This document shows positions 1-7,400 of a stretch of 20,000 nucleotides of DNA, piece after piece; positions within the stretch are counted from its first letter, which is position 1; each line of letters begins with the position of its first letter. Under the pieces are notes generated by a model. It made no database searches and was not told where the DNA came from. It worked only from the letters and a program-made list of their open reading frames with translations. This DNA comes from an uncultured virus (IMG/VR IMGVR_UViG_3300032607_001790) (taxonomy: Duplodnaviria; Heunggongvirae; Uroviricota; Caudoviricetes), in the IMG/VR virus record IMGVR_UViG_3300032607_001790; one strand, 5' to 3'. The position numbers and the translations under genes are program-made.

Positions 1-277
1 CATCAGCCTTGATCACCTTGCCAGAAGTAACCTTGACGCCTTGAATCAACCAATCCACCCATTCAGGAGGCTGTTGTACATACTGCTTGCACAGTGTGTC
101 CCAGTCAGCAAACACCTCAGGGTGGTACTTGCGCCACTTTTCTAATTGCGAGATAGCACTCCTGGCATCCATGCTGCCACTTTTAAGGCTAGGAGCAATG
201 CTCTGCACGAAAACTTTTTTCGCAGTTTCAGGCGATTGATTTGCGCAATGTTCAGGGGGAAGATCGGGGCGTTTCAT
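1..277 (-). CDS. hypothetical protein, 3' end beyond window edge (MKRPDLPLNIAQINRLKLRKKFFVQSIAPSLKSG...)
   Basis: Translated by hand. ATG 277-275 overlaps the helicase stop (TGATG); frame open for 92 codons to the edge. Not in the ORF track. Confidence 0.8.
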   Translation of the reverse strand, partial: MKRPDLPPEHCANQSPETAKKVFVQSIAPSLKSGSMDARSAISQLEKWRKYHPEVFADWDTLCKQYVQQPPEWVDWLIQGVKVTSGKVIKAD

Positions 278-2181
278 CAGGAGATACAAAGAGTGGGGAA
301 CTGCCTGGCAAAGTCCTCGCGAGACAATGATCGAAGTTTTTCATTAATTTCGTTAATAAAAGCATGGCGCTCTGTTAATTCACTTTCCCCCATTGAAACA
401 GTACCAAAACCAAAATTACGCTTAAGCAAGGTATTAATTGCTTTATTGGTATCAGGTAGCCTTGATTTATTGAAATTACCAAGAGACAATGCGCGAACCA
501 CATTGCTTGCAAGTGTTTTTACAGCTTTTGCATTAGCGCTACGAGCTTGTTCAATGCGATCAGTACTACCCATAGCATCAACAATTTGTTTTTCTGCTAC
601 GCCAATATTCATCTCTAACATAATGTCCCGCATCATTTTTATTGCCATTAATTCAGCCTCTGCATCATGACCACGAGCAACTGCAATTGACTTCACTTCT
701 TCAAGAAGATGTTGATCTTTCGCTTTTTCCATAAGGCCATCGACAATATGGACATTTAGTAATTCCACGTCTCCAAACATGATTGGAGGAATAGCGTAAA
801 TAGGAGTCACATCGCGAAGACTTCCTAACGGCTTTCGGTATTCATGTGGTTGCAAATCCTCCATGGAAAGAAAGTAATTCTTAGCTGGATGATCTTCGCT
901 AATAAAAACATCACACAAATCCTCCTCGTATTCAAGGCTATAGTTACGTCGAAGACCACGACCGAGTTGTTGCATTGCTAAAACGCTTTCGCCAACATCA
1001 TTAAGGAAGAGCATTACGCTACATTCCACGCAGTTAAAGCCTTCTGCAGCCTTGCTTACGTTGATCATTACGTCAAGATTGCCAGCAATAAAATCGCGTA
1101 ACACTTGTTCATTGATTTCATCTGGACGTTTTTCACCTAACCAATCAGCAGTAAGATCCCCATACTTCACAAAATAGCCTTGAAGGTGTTCTGCATGTTT
1201 TTGATCTCTAGCAAACACCAACATACGATGATGTTTTGTCGAGGGAAGATCTTTTTTGTCAAGCTTCTGACGTTTGTCATTTAAACAATCAACTGCTCCT
1301 TGAACTAAGGTGCTTATATATTTATCTTTGTAAGCAAGAAACTCACGGGCTTCGTTTTTAGCTCTGTGTTTAGGAACACCAGCAGCTTTCCTAACTTCAA
1401 TATAATCGCCTTCTAATTCACTAAGTTCCTTTGTAGTCATATCATACATTTCACCGTTAAATTCAACAGTGACAGAATAATCATGAACATGAGTTCTAAA
1501 AGGTCTAATAGCTTTTTCATTAATAGCATCAGCAATAGCCACTTCAACGATTAATTCGGGATCTTTCATTGCCACTGGCATCCCATCGGTGCGTTGTTTG
1601 GCAGCGGTTAATCCAAGAACAAACTCAGGATTTTGATTTAGCAGTTCACCAACAGAAAGCCCCCATTGGTTCTCCTCTCCATAGCGATGCAATTCGTCTA
1701 ATGCAATCATCCATCGTTTGCCTGGATAATTCAAAAGACGTTTAGCTACATCTAAGTTATTAGTAGACATCAGCGATTGGCAAGTGGCAACAATAACCTC
1801 ACATTTGTCTTGAATTACTTCGCGAGTGACAATTTTTAGCAAGTTTGCACTAAGACGATAAGCAACAATTTCATCGCCCCATTTTTCTTTAAAATCAAAT
1901 TCAATGCCTCCGAGGTAACTAGAAAGTTGTTCTTTGGATGGCACAATAATCATGAGCGCATCAACACGCCCTTGAAGCTTTAAAAGCTTATAAGCGAATT
2001 CAATGGCATCAGTTTTTCCGTAACCAGTGGGAAAAATTGCTTTGGCCGTATTAATAGCAGGATTAGCAGCAAGACCACTGACAAGGGCCAACTGTCCTTC
2101 GCGAAGACTGTACTTTTGATTGTTGAGCAGCAAGCTTTCAGTCAGCTTTTGCTGTGTTTTGTTTGATGACAAGGGAGACAT
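277..2181 (-). CDS. SF2 DExH helicase (type III restriction Res / RadD-like)
   Basis: Motif I PTGYGKT, motif II DELH, motif III TAA, motif V EGFN, motif VI QQLGRGLR. Start moved to ATG 2181, which has GGAG 5 nt upstream. Confidence 0.9.
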   Translation of the reverse strand: MSPLSSNKTQQKLTESLLLNNQKYSLREGQLALVSGLAANPAINTAKAIFPTGYGKTDAIEFAYKLLKLQGRVDALMIIVPSKEQLSSYLGGIEFDFKEKWGDEIVAYRLSANLLKIVTREVIQDKCEVIVATCQSLMSTNNLDVAKRLLNYPGKRWMIALDELHRYGEENQWGLSVGELLNQNPEFVLGLTAAKQRTDGMPVAMKDPELIVEVAIADAINEKAIRPFRTHVHDYSVTVEFNGEMYDMTTKELSELEGDYIEVRKAAGVPKHRAKNEAREFLAYKDKYISTLVQGAVDCLNDKRQKLDKKDLPSTKHHRMLVFARDQKHAEHLQGYFVKYGDLTADWLGEKRPDEINEQVLRDFIAGNLDVMINVSKAAEGFNCVECSVMLFLNDVGESVLAMQQLGRGLRRNYSLEYEEDLCDVFISEDHPAKNYFLSMEDLQPHEYRKPLGSLRDVTPIYAIPPIMFGDVELLNVHIVDGLMEKAKDQHLLEEVKSIAVARGHDAEAELMAIKMMRDIMLEMNIGVAEKQIVDAMGSTDRIEQARSANAKAVKTLASNVVRALSLGNFNKSRLPDTNKAINTLLKRNFGFGTVSMGESELTERHAFINEINEKLRSLSREDFARQFPTLCIS

Positions 2182-2354
2182 AACAACTCCAGATTTGGAA
2201 GGGATGTAGCGCCGCCTTCCGAATAAAGATGTCGATGATGAGCTTCGAACTTGTCCGTAAGTTTTGTTTTGCAGCAGGCACAAAGACCTTGCTGATCAAG
2301 CAGTAAAATACTGCATTGCCATTGATTGGCGTAACGAGCTTTAGGATTGAACAT
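2142..2354 (-). CDS. small HNH endonuclease
   Basis: CACC...AHH...GGATSLPNLELLCLPCHQTKH: HNH with two CxxC zinc ligands. Confidence 0.85.
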   Translation of the reverse strand: MFNPKARYANQWQCSILLLDQQGLCACCKTKLTDKFEAHHRHLYSEGGATSLPNLELLCLPCHQTKHSKS

Positions 2355-2413
2355 CAGCTATGCCTTGATAGGCTCATCGACCCTTGATGGAGGCGACTTA
2401 CAAAATATAGCGC

Positions 2414-2443
2414 AAAAAAAAAGGCAAGCATAGTGCCTGCCTT
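2414..2443 (-). terminator. Rho-independent terminator after rlpA
   Basis: Minus strand AAGGCAGGCA-CTA-TGCTTGCCTT plus T-run; the G-U pair is only valid on the minus strand. Confidence 0.8.
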
Positions 2444-2464
2444 TGCCTTCCTCACACCAGAGGA

Positions 2465-2827
2465 CTATATCACGGAATGGCAGACTTTAGCAACACCTTG
2501 GCCGGGGCTAGCAATTCTGCTGAAAGCACCATAACTCAAGTCCAGATCACGACCAGCAATAAATGGTCCTCTGTCTGTCACTGTAACGACAACGGTTTTG
2601 CCATTGTTTGGATTGCTTACCAGGAGCCTGGTGCCAAATGGTAGGTAGCGATGGGCCGTAGTAAGGGATTGCGGATTCATCGGCTGACCATTAGCCATTG
2701 TTTGCCAGGCATAGCCATCACCATGACCATAGAAGCTGGCATGAGAGCACATTGAAGCAGCCCCCACTGCAGTAGGCGCAAAAGCACCAAAGGCAATGGA
2801 AGCAGAAAGAAAAATTGATTTAAGCAC
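2465..2827 (-). CDS. rlpA: RlpA-like double-psi beta-barrel lytic transglycosylase with signal peptide
   Basis: ASFYG...MANG..MNP...TAHRYLPFGTRLLV.N...V.VTDRGPF..GRDLDLS; hydrophobic N-terminus. Confidence 0.9.
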   Translation of the reverse strand: MLKSIFLSASIAFGAFAPTAVGAASMCSHASFYGHGDGYAWQTMANGQPMNPQSLTTAHRYLPFGTRLLVSNPNNGKTVVVTVTDRGPFIAGRDLDLSYGAFSRIASPGQGVAKVCHSVI

Positions 2828-2874
2828 TGTTTTGGGGAATAAGGATCAAGGCTGCAGATCTCGCTGCAACCTTC

Positions 2875-2888
2875 ATATTACCACAAAA
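2875..2888 (-). promoter_or_regulatory. extended -10 promoter for rlpA (TTTTGTGG-TAATAT)
   Basis: TGG-TAATAT ~45 nt upstream of the start; the same 11-mer recurs at 6928 and 7420. Confidence 0.6.
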
Positions 2889-2896
2889 GGAAAAGC

Positions 2897-2925
2897 TTGT
2901 GTTTTAATGGTCCTGATGTTATGAT
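2897..2925 (+). promoter_or_regulatory. sigma70-type promoter for the putative ncRNA
   Basis: TTGTGT (2897-2902), 17 nt spacer, TATGAT (2920-2925) with extended TG at 2917-2918. Confidence 0.65.
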
Positions 2926-2931
2926 TATTTT

Positions 2932-3064
2932 GTTGGTCGGTCCTCCCCGTAAGGATGGACGGCTTTGACAGGAAGGGTTACCCCGTAAGGGATGCCGGGC
3001 GCTCATGGTTAGCCTGCAAGGCTTCCTGTCCCTTTGTTGAGGAGCCAAGCCATCGGAGGCCAAT
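2932..3064 (+). ncRNA. putative structured small RNA, family not recognised
   Basis: Nested helices GTTGGTC/GGCCAAT, GATGG/CCATC, GGCTTT/GGAGCC, GACAGGAAG/CTTCCTGTC; GNRA-capped side hairpins; flanked by a promoter and a terminator. Confidence 0.65.
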
Positions 3065-3071
3065 AGAAAGA

Positions 3072-3097
3072 AAGGGGCCGTAAGGCCCCTTCTTCTT
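3072..3097 (+). terminator. intrinsic terminator, possibly bidirectional
   Basis: AAGGGGCC-GTAA-GGCCCCTT followed by CTTCTT; A-rich on the 5' side. Confidence 0.7.
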
Positions 3098-3127
3098 GCA
3101 GTAAACTAAATCACCAACCACAAAACC

Positions 3128-3304
3128 ATGAAAGTTAACGTTCGATTAGTGCTGGAAGATTTAATTGCAGAGGGCATTGCTTTAGGATATCGCCGTTCGT
3201 TTAAACACAATGACAAACCAACAGAATCAGATATAACGGAACATATCGAAACAGCAATATGGGAGAAGATGCATCAATATTTAAGTTTTGACGATGATTT
3301 TTAA
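3128..3304 (+). CDS. 58-aa phage hypothetical protein (MKVNVRLVLEDLIAEGIALGYRRSFKHNDKP...YLSFDDDF)
   Basis: Translated by hand; below the track length cutoff; abuts the convergent gene stop at 3305. Confidence 0.75.
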   Translation: MKVNVRLVLEDLIAEGIALGYRRSFKHNDKPTESDITEHIETAIWEKMHQYLSFDDDF

Positions 3305-3550
3305 TTATTTATGCTCATCGAGTTGCTTATTAGTGGTTTCCATCACATAAGAATAATAAACATCTCTGCCCCTTAAATTCCAAGGGTCAAATTTTGGGTC
3401 AGACATACGATATTCACTTTCCATTTGATACCAACCATAGCTGAGTTCCTCAAAGAAAGCACAACGGTCTATGTTGTCATCGTAATCAACAAATCGGGAA
3501 TGAATGCAACACCCCCAAGACCACCAAGCATCTTCAAACCATTTTTTCAT
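3305..3550 (-). CDS. hypothetical protein (Trp/Tyr-rich)
   Basis: ATG 3550 lies just after the upstream stop (3552); tight operon packing. Confidence 0.7.
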   Translation of the reverse strand: MKKWFEDAWWSWGCCIHSRFVDYDDNIDRCAFFEELSYGWYQMESEYRMSDPKFDPWNLRGRDVYYSYVMETTNKQLDEHK

Positions 3551-3551
3551 T

Positions 3552-3749
3552 TTACTTCTTCTCCAGTTTAGCAAGTTTTTCCTGTGCTATTTTATAAGCA
3601 CGAGCAGAACTTTCCATCCATTTTTCGGCATACTCTTCACTTTTGCGTTGTTGTTCTTCCCAATCATGATTTGCCTGACGATATGCCTTCATATCATTAG
3701 CATATGCTTTATGCCGATAAGTGAGACCGTCTTCAATAGACATTTTCAT
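3552..3749 (-). CDS. hypothetical protein
   Basis: Coupled to neighbours; helical and charged. Confidence 0.65.
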   Translation of the reverse strand: MKMSIEDGLTYRHKAYANDMKAYRQANHDWEEQQRKSEEYAEKWMESSARAYKIAQEKLAKLEKK

Positions 3750-3952
3750 TTTCCATCTAATTGATATAAAATATTAGCAGCATAAGAACCAAAGTCGATC
3801 TTTCCTAACTTTGTACCGCCACAATATTCGGGAACATTATCCATTAAGTATTCATCAAAATAAAGAAACACACGAATTGCTTTTAGTTTATTCCGTTTAT
3901 GAGGTTCCGCAATCACCTCTGCAACCATCTCAAAAAGTTCATTTAATGTCAT
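3746..3952 (-). CDS. hypothetical protein
   Basis: Likely start MTLNELFEM at 3952; ATGA overlap with the downstream gene. Confidence 0.65.
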   Translation of the reverse strand: MTLNELFEMVAEVIAEPHKRNKLKAIRVFLYFDEYLMDNVPEYCGGTKLGKIDFGSYAANILYQLDGK

Positions 3953-4220
3953 CGGGCAATGCCTCCAATGCACGTCTAATGAGGATGTGTTCATCGGTGT
4001 TAATTACGGTCATTTGAGTGGGATAATCGGGACCACCAGCGGTAGCCAAAATCGCTAGCGCTTCCTCCTTTAAGGTCGGCGTCAGCTCAGGCTCAGACAG
4101 GGCGGCGCGGGCGCGTTGGCATAATGGATCTTCGTCAGGAGCAATTACCCAATGCGCGTACCCCTCATTTTCCAAAGCGCTTAATAGCTCAGCGCACAGT
4201 GCGCGGTAAGGATTAGTCAT
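3939..4220 (-). CDS. cyanophage-type hypothetical protein (MTNPYRALCAELL...RARAAL)
   Basis: ATG 4220 with GGAG upstream; the RALCAELL/RARAAL pattern is recognised from cyanophage small proteins. Confidence 0.75.
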   Translation of the reverse strand: MTNPYRALCAELLSALENEGYAHWVIAPDEDPLCQRARAALSEPELTPTLKEEALAILATAGGPDYPTQMTVINTDEHILIRRALEALPDDIK

Positions 4221-4221
4221 T

Positions 4222-4527
4222 TTAAACTCCAATTGCAGCAGCATAAGCCGCCAGGTAAGCAAGCTGATCGTCAGCGGTAGGAGCTGCAGTTAGTTCATTA
4301 TGCTCTTTCTCATGCCTTTTTACTGCCGTTTTTAGGATGATTAGCAGTTGCACCATGCTGCCCTGATGGCAAGCCTCAACGCCAGGAAGCAATTGCTCCA
4401 GCGTGGTAATGCTGTCCTGAAGCTGTTTTACCAGCAGGAAGCAGTTCACTACGGGCTGGCCGAAGTTCATTACTAATCTCTCGTTGCTAAAAGCAGAAAT
4501 GCTGCCGTTGTATTCAGTTTTAATCAT
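4222..4527 (-). CDS. hypothetical protein
   Basis: First ORF after the promoter at 4551-4579. Confidence 0.7.
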   Translation of the reverse strand: MIKTEYNGSISAFSNERLVMNFGQPVVNCFLLVKQLQDSITTLEQLLPGVEACHQGSMVQLLIILKTAVKRHEKEHNELTAAPTADDQLAYLAAYAAAIGV

Positions 4528-4550
4528 GGGTTTTGTTTGGAGGCTCCATC

Positions 4551-4579
4551 ATCATGCCCATGCCTTTCCCCATTGTCAA
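4551..4579 (-). promoter_or_regulatory. sigma70 promoter
   Basis: TTGACA (4579-4574), 17 nt spacer, CATGAT (4556-4551). Confidence 0.7.
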
Positions 4580-4607
4580 GCCTGTCAGCAATTAGTAAAA
4601 CTTATGC

Positions 4608-4955
4608 TTATTTCCAACCTTCTGCAATCATTCGATATTTACCAACTTGTTGAAAAAATACATGACGATGGGTGCGTTCTATTACATTACGAAATGCTTG
4701 TCGCATCTTTCTACTTATTTTCTCTTCTGGTTCTATTAACCAGCTTTTCGCCCAATCAGCCACTTCTTCAATATCTTTTAAGTCATTAGTACGTGCCACG
4801 AAATGATTACCACGTTCTTCAAACTTACGCCATATTGGATGTACTGGTGGTTCTTGAGCAGCAATTGCTTTTGCCTTTGCTCTTAATAATGGCGGCATAT
4901 AAAGCAGCACCAATGGTGGAAAAGCAATGGGATCAATGGCAACAGGACTAAACAT
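4608..4955 (-). CDS. hypothetical protein
   Basis: 115-aa ORF with AGGAGG RBS upstream. Confidence 0.8.
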   Translation of the reverse strand: MFSPVAIDPIAFPPLVLLYMPPLLRAKAKAIAAQEPPVHPIWRKFEERGNHFVARTNDLKDIEEVADWAKSWLIEPEEKISRKMRQAFRNVIERTHRHVFFQQVGKYRMIAEGWK

Positions 4956-5097
4956 GAGCTTCCTCCTTTAGTTGATAAGCATTTACAATTGCTTGACCTG
5001 CATTTAATTCCATTGCTAATTGCATTGCCATTGTTTCATCTCTTGCAATTAAAGAAAATTGATCACCATTACCAAGAACAATGGTGAAGACATCCAT
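4948..5097 (-). CDS. 49-aa hypothetical protein (MDVFTIVLGNGDQFSLIARDETMAMQLAMELNAGQ...)
   Basis: Translated by hand; fills the gap; AGGA upstream. Confidence 0.7.
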   Translation of the reverse strand: MDVFTIVLGNGDQFSLIARDETMAMQLAMELNAGQAIVNAYQLKEEAHV

Positions 5098-5111
5098 TAT
5101 ATTTCCTGTTA

Positions 5112-5567
5112 TCATTTGCTTTGCTCCAGGTAATCTTCAAGGGAGATGTTATCCTTCTCCAACTTCTCTAACATGGCATGAGTAATTGTAGTTTTTATCA
5201 TTTTTAACCATTGCTCATCACCAGAGAATGAACCTGTTTGTTGCAATAATTGTAATACTGTAGTGAGACGACTTAAGTCGTCCATAATAGATAAACCTTC
5301 TTGAATGCAATCATTATTAATTTGTTTACGTAAGACGTGAGCATGATAATTATGCCATTGATTCATGCAAAATAAAATAATTTGCCTATATGTTTCATCA
5401 CCATATTGATTTACTAAGGTAGCAATGGAATTAGCAAATACAGGCGGCACTCCAACTAATCCTGCATCATCAAAATAAGGCGTTAAATTATCATCAATGG
5501 AGGCAATCGTCTCTTCTTTAACTGATTTGGCTTGACGAAGGAAATCGTCCACTGAAGAAAAATCCAT
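5112..5567 (-). CDS. hypothetical protein
   Basis: 151-aa ORF downstream of the promoter at 5591-5619. Confidence 0.8.
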   Translation of the reverse strand: MDFSSVDDFLRQAKSVKEETIASIDDNLTPYFDDAGLVGVPPVFANSIATLVNQYGDETYRQIILFCMNQWHNYHAHVLRKQINNDCIQEGLSIMDDLSRLTTVLQLLQQTGSFSGDEQWLKMIKTTITHAMLEKLEKDNISLEDYLEQSK

Positions 5568-5590
5568 GGAGCAGCAAGAAATGCAATACC

Positions 5591-5619
5591 AGCATGACGG
5601 ATATTAGCGCAATTGTCAA
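5591..5619 (-). promoter_or_regulatory. sigma70 promoter
   Basis: TTGACA (5619-5614), 17 nt spacer, CATGCT (5596-5591). Confidence 0.65.
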
Positions 5620-5635
5620 TAGCCCCATGATTATT

Positions 5636-6334
5636 TCATACGCTTATGGTTGCTAATTTCGACGGGGGTTCAGTTGGTTCGTCATTTTCAGCTACGGTGA
5701 AGGTTGCATCAATTGCTTGTGCTTTTTCTTCTTTTTCTTTTACATCACCAATGGTTTTCGCAATATCATCCAAGAAATTCTTATAGCTTTTCTTTTCTTC
5801 GCTTTGCGGCTTGATTTCATATAGCCCTAGAACTTTTGCTTGCTGCTCCAAACAATTCCTTGCAACAGTAAGGAACGATGACTCCCCTGCCGATTCTGTA
5901 ATGGTAGTTATCTCTCCCCTTTCGGAAACTGTAGTAACAATTCGCTTTTTGCTAACTTCAAATTGTGATAATGCTTGTTCTTTTAATTCCATCGCTTCAT
6001 TTAATAACCTAGCGCGATGACAATCCTGGCTTTTTAATATACTTTCAGTCCATAGACTTCTGTTCTGTTGTCTATCAGCATTAACTGTTTCCTTGCTAAG
6101 TTTTAATACTCTTGATATTTGCGAATTACTTAAGTTTGCTGATAACAATTCTTGTACCATATAACGCCTTAAACCAGTGGTTTCTTTTGTATATGGAATC
6201 TTACCAGGACCATTACCAATCTTTTCTCGAATCTTCTCCACTTGTTCAAGGGTCAAGCCGGAATCTACTAATACTTTTAAACTATGACGCACCTCAGATT
6301 GATCATCAGGGAAATTAATAATAGGAGTTGCCAT
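5636..6334 (-). CDS. HTH DNA-binding protein, terminase small subunit-like
   Basis: HTH LSNSQISRVLKLSKETVNAD; C-terminal GESSFL...CLEQQAKVLGL pattern seen in phage HTH/TerS-like proteins. Confidence 0.55.
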   Translation of the reverse strand: MATPIINFPDDQSEVRHSLKVLVDSGLTLEQVEKIREKIGNGPGKIPYTKETTGLRRYMVQELLSANLSNSQISRVLKLSKETVNADRQQNRSLWTESILKSQDCHRARLLNEAMELKEQALSQFEVSKKRIVTTVSERGEITTITESAGESSFLTVARNCLEQQAKVLGLYEIKPQSEEKKSYKNFLDDIAKTIGDVKEKEEKAQAIDATFTVAENDEPTEPPSKLATISV

Positions 6335-6336
6335 GG

Positions 6337-6669
6337 TTAAAACAATTGCTCTTCTTTAGGAAGTGAATATACCAAACTTTCTTTATAGCTTAAAATTTTG
6401 TAATCACCTAAATCATCAGCTAATTTCTTGGTTTCTTTTAGTTCTTGCTCCATACGTACAATGATATCATTATATTGTTTATTAGCACGTTGTTGTAGTC
6501 GCACTGAACCATGAGTTGTAGATTCTTTTTCGATGCCATTCTCTTGCATAAATTGTTGTATTTCTTCTCTACATAAAGCTTCAGCTTCGTTAAGTACTTT
6601 TTGCTGCAATTTAATACTTTCTAATTTTTCCGTCAATTCACTTAAGCCATCCATGATATCAACGGTCAT
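6337..6669 (-). CDS. coiled-coil hypothetical protein (weak Gp157/Gam-like resemblance)
   Basis: N-terminal heptads followed by short beta segments; start at MTVDIM. Confidence 0.65.
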   Translation of the reverse strand: MTVDIMDGLSELTEKLESIKLQQKVLNEAEALCREEIQQFMQENGIEKESTTHGSVRLQQRANKQYNDIIVRMEQELKETKKLADDLGDYKILSYKESLVYSLPKEEQLF

Positions 6670-6901
6670 GATTAGACAATGGCGAAGGGGCAAAGTTACG
6701 ATCAATGAGTTGGGTGATTTCTTCTAAGCTTGAGCGCCAATGGCGCTCGCCCTTTTTATCTCTTACTCCATATAACATTCTGCTTTTAGGAGATGCACCA
6801 CGATCAGGCGTTGAATAGCCATGATGATTTAAGACAGTCACTTCCAGCCCTCTATGTTCCAATGCTGGGAGCACTTCAGGAGAAATAGGACGAAAAGGCA
6901 T
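6659..6901 (-). CDS. hypothetical protein
   Basis: ORF directly after the TTTTGTGG-TAAGCT promoter motif. Confidence 0.75.
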   Translation of the reverse strand: MPFRPISPEVLPALEHRGLEVTVLNHHGYSTPDRGASPKSRMLYGVRDKKGERHWRSSLEEITQLIDRNFAPSPLSNHDR

Positions 6902-6924
6902 AACAAGGTGCAGTAAACATCATT

Positions 6925-6938
6925 AGCTTACCACAAAA
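6925..6938 (-). promoter_or_regulatory. extended -10 promoter (TTTTGTGG-TAAGCT)
   Basis: Recurring 11-mer, ~25 nt upstream of ATG 6901. Confidence 0.55.
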
Positions 6939-6953
6939 TTATTAAAGGTAACA

Positions 6954-7256
6954 ATGAAAAAAGAGACGCAGATCGCTTCATAGGCGAACTGTAGCTGTTT
7001 TTTTATGCAACCTTGAAGGAAAGCGAAAGAAAGTTAAAGCACCTTATGAATGACGACCTTGTGGTCTACCTGATCGTACGGTGCTAAGCGAAAGGAACTT
7101 ATGGTTTTACCATCGTTTCCTTCTATGCGAAAGCGCCGGAGGGCAGGAGTGCTTAGGAAACCCTAGGCGCGTAGATAAGAAGGAAAACCTTCGGGACGAT
7201 TCTACGCACCCCCACCAAGCTCAAATGTGCCAGTCAAATAATTGGCACAGAAGCTT
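6954..7256 (+). other. non-coding multi-hairpin element (candidate replication origin or ncRNA)
   Basis: At least six stem-loops with G-U/G-T pairs on the + strand; GCGAAAG three times. Confidence 0.55.
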
Positions 7257-7345
7257 TAACCGAACCCTTTAGCAAAGCCTTTGGCAACAGGCTCATCTTC
7301 TTCCTCTTCATCAGCATCATCAGGCAGGATCACAGTGAAAGGCAT
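7256..7345 (-). CDS. 29-aa acidic peptide MPFTVILPDDADEEEEDEPVAKGFAKGFG (56 aa if started at GTG 7426)
   Basis: Translated by hand; acidic tract and KGFG ending. Confidence 0.55.
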   Translation of the reverse strand: MPFTVILPDDADEEEEDEPVAKGFAKGFG

Positions 7346-7400
7346 ATCGAGGGGAGCTGCTGGCGGATCGAGGGGAGCTTCCCATGGATCGATGGGAGCT
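7346..7400. repeat. three 13-bp direct repeats ATCGA(G/T)GGGAGCT with a 21-nt period
   Basis: Copies at 7346-7358, 7367-7379 and 7388-7400. Confidence 0.85.

Noticed and set aside
146..670. 174-aa + strand ORF
   Set aside because: Antisense shadow of the helicase and ORF3; no motifs
2878..3063. 61-aa minus-strand ORF
   Set aside because: Antisense to the structured RNA; weak start and implausible composition
6954..7256. Group I intron, RNase P, tRNA or hammerhead identity for the structured elements
   Set aside because: No diagnostic cores (P7, GAGGAAAGTCC, TTCGA T-loop, CTGATGA..GAAA) were seen here or at 2932-3064
7081..7272. 63-aa + strand ORF
   Set aside because: GTG start inside a hairpin with no RBS; the region is better explained by structure
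7346..7400. CRISPR-like array
   Set aside because: 13-bp repeats with 8-nt spacers are too short; no cas genes
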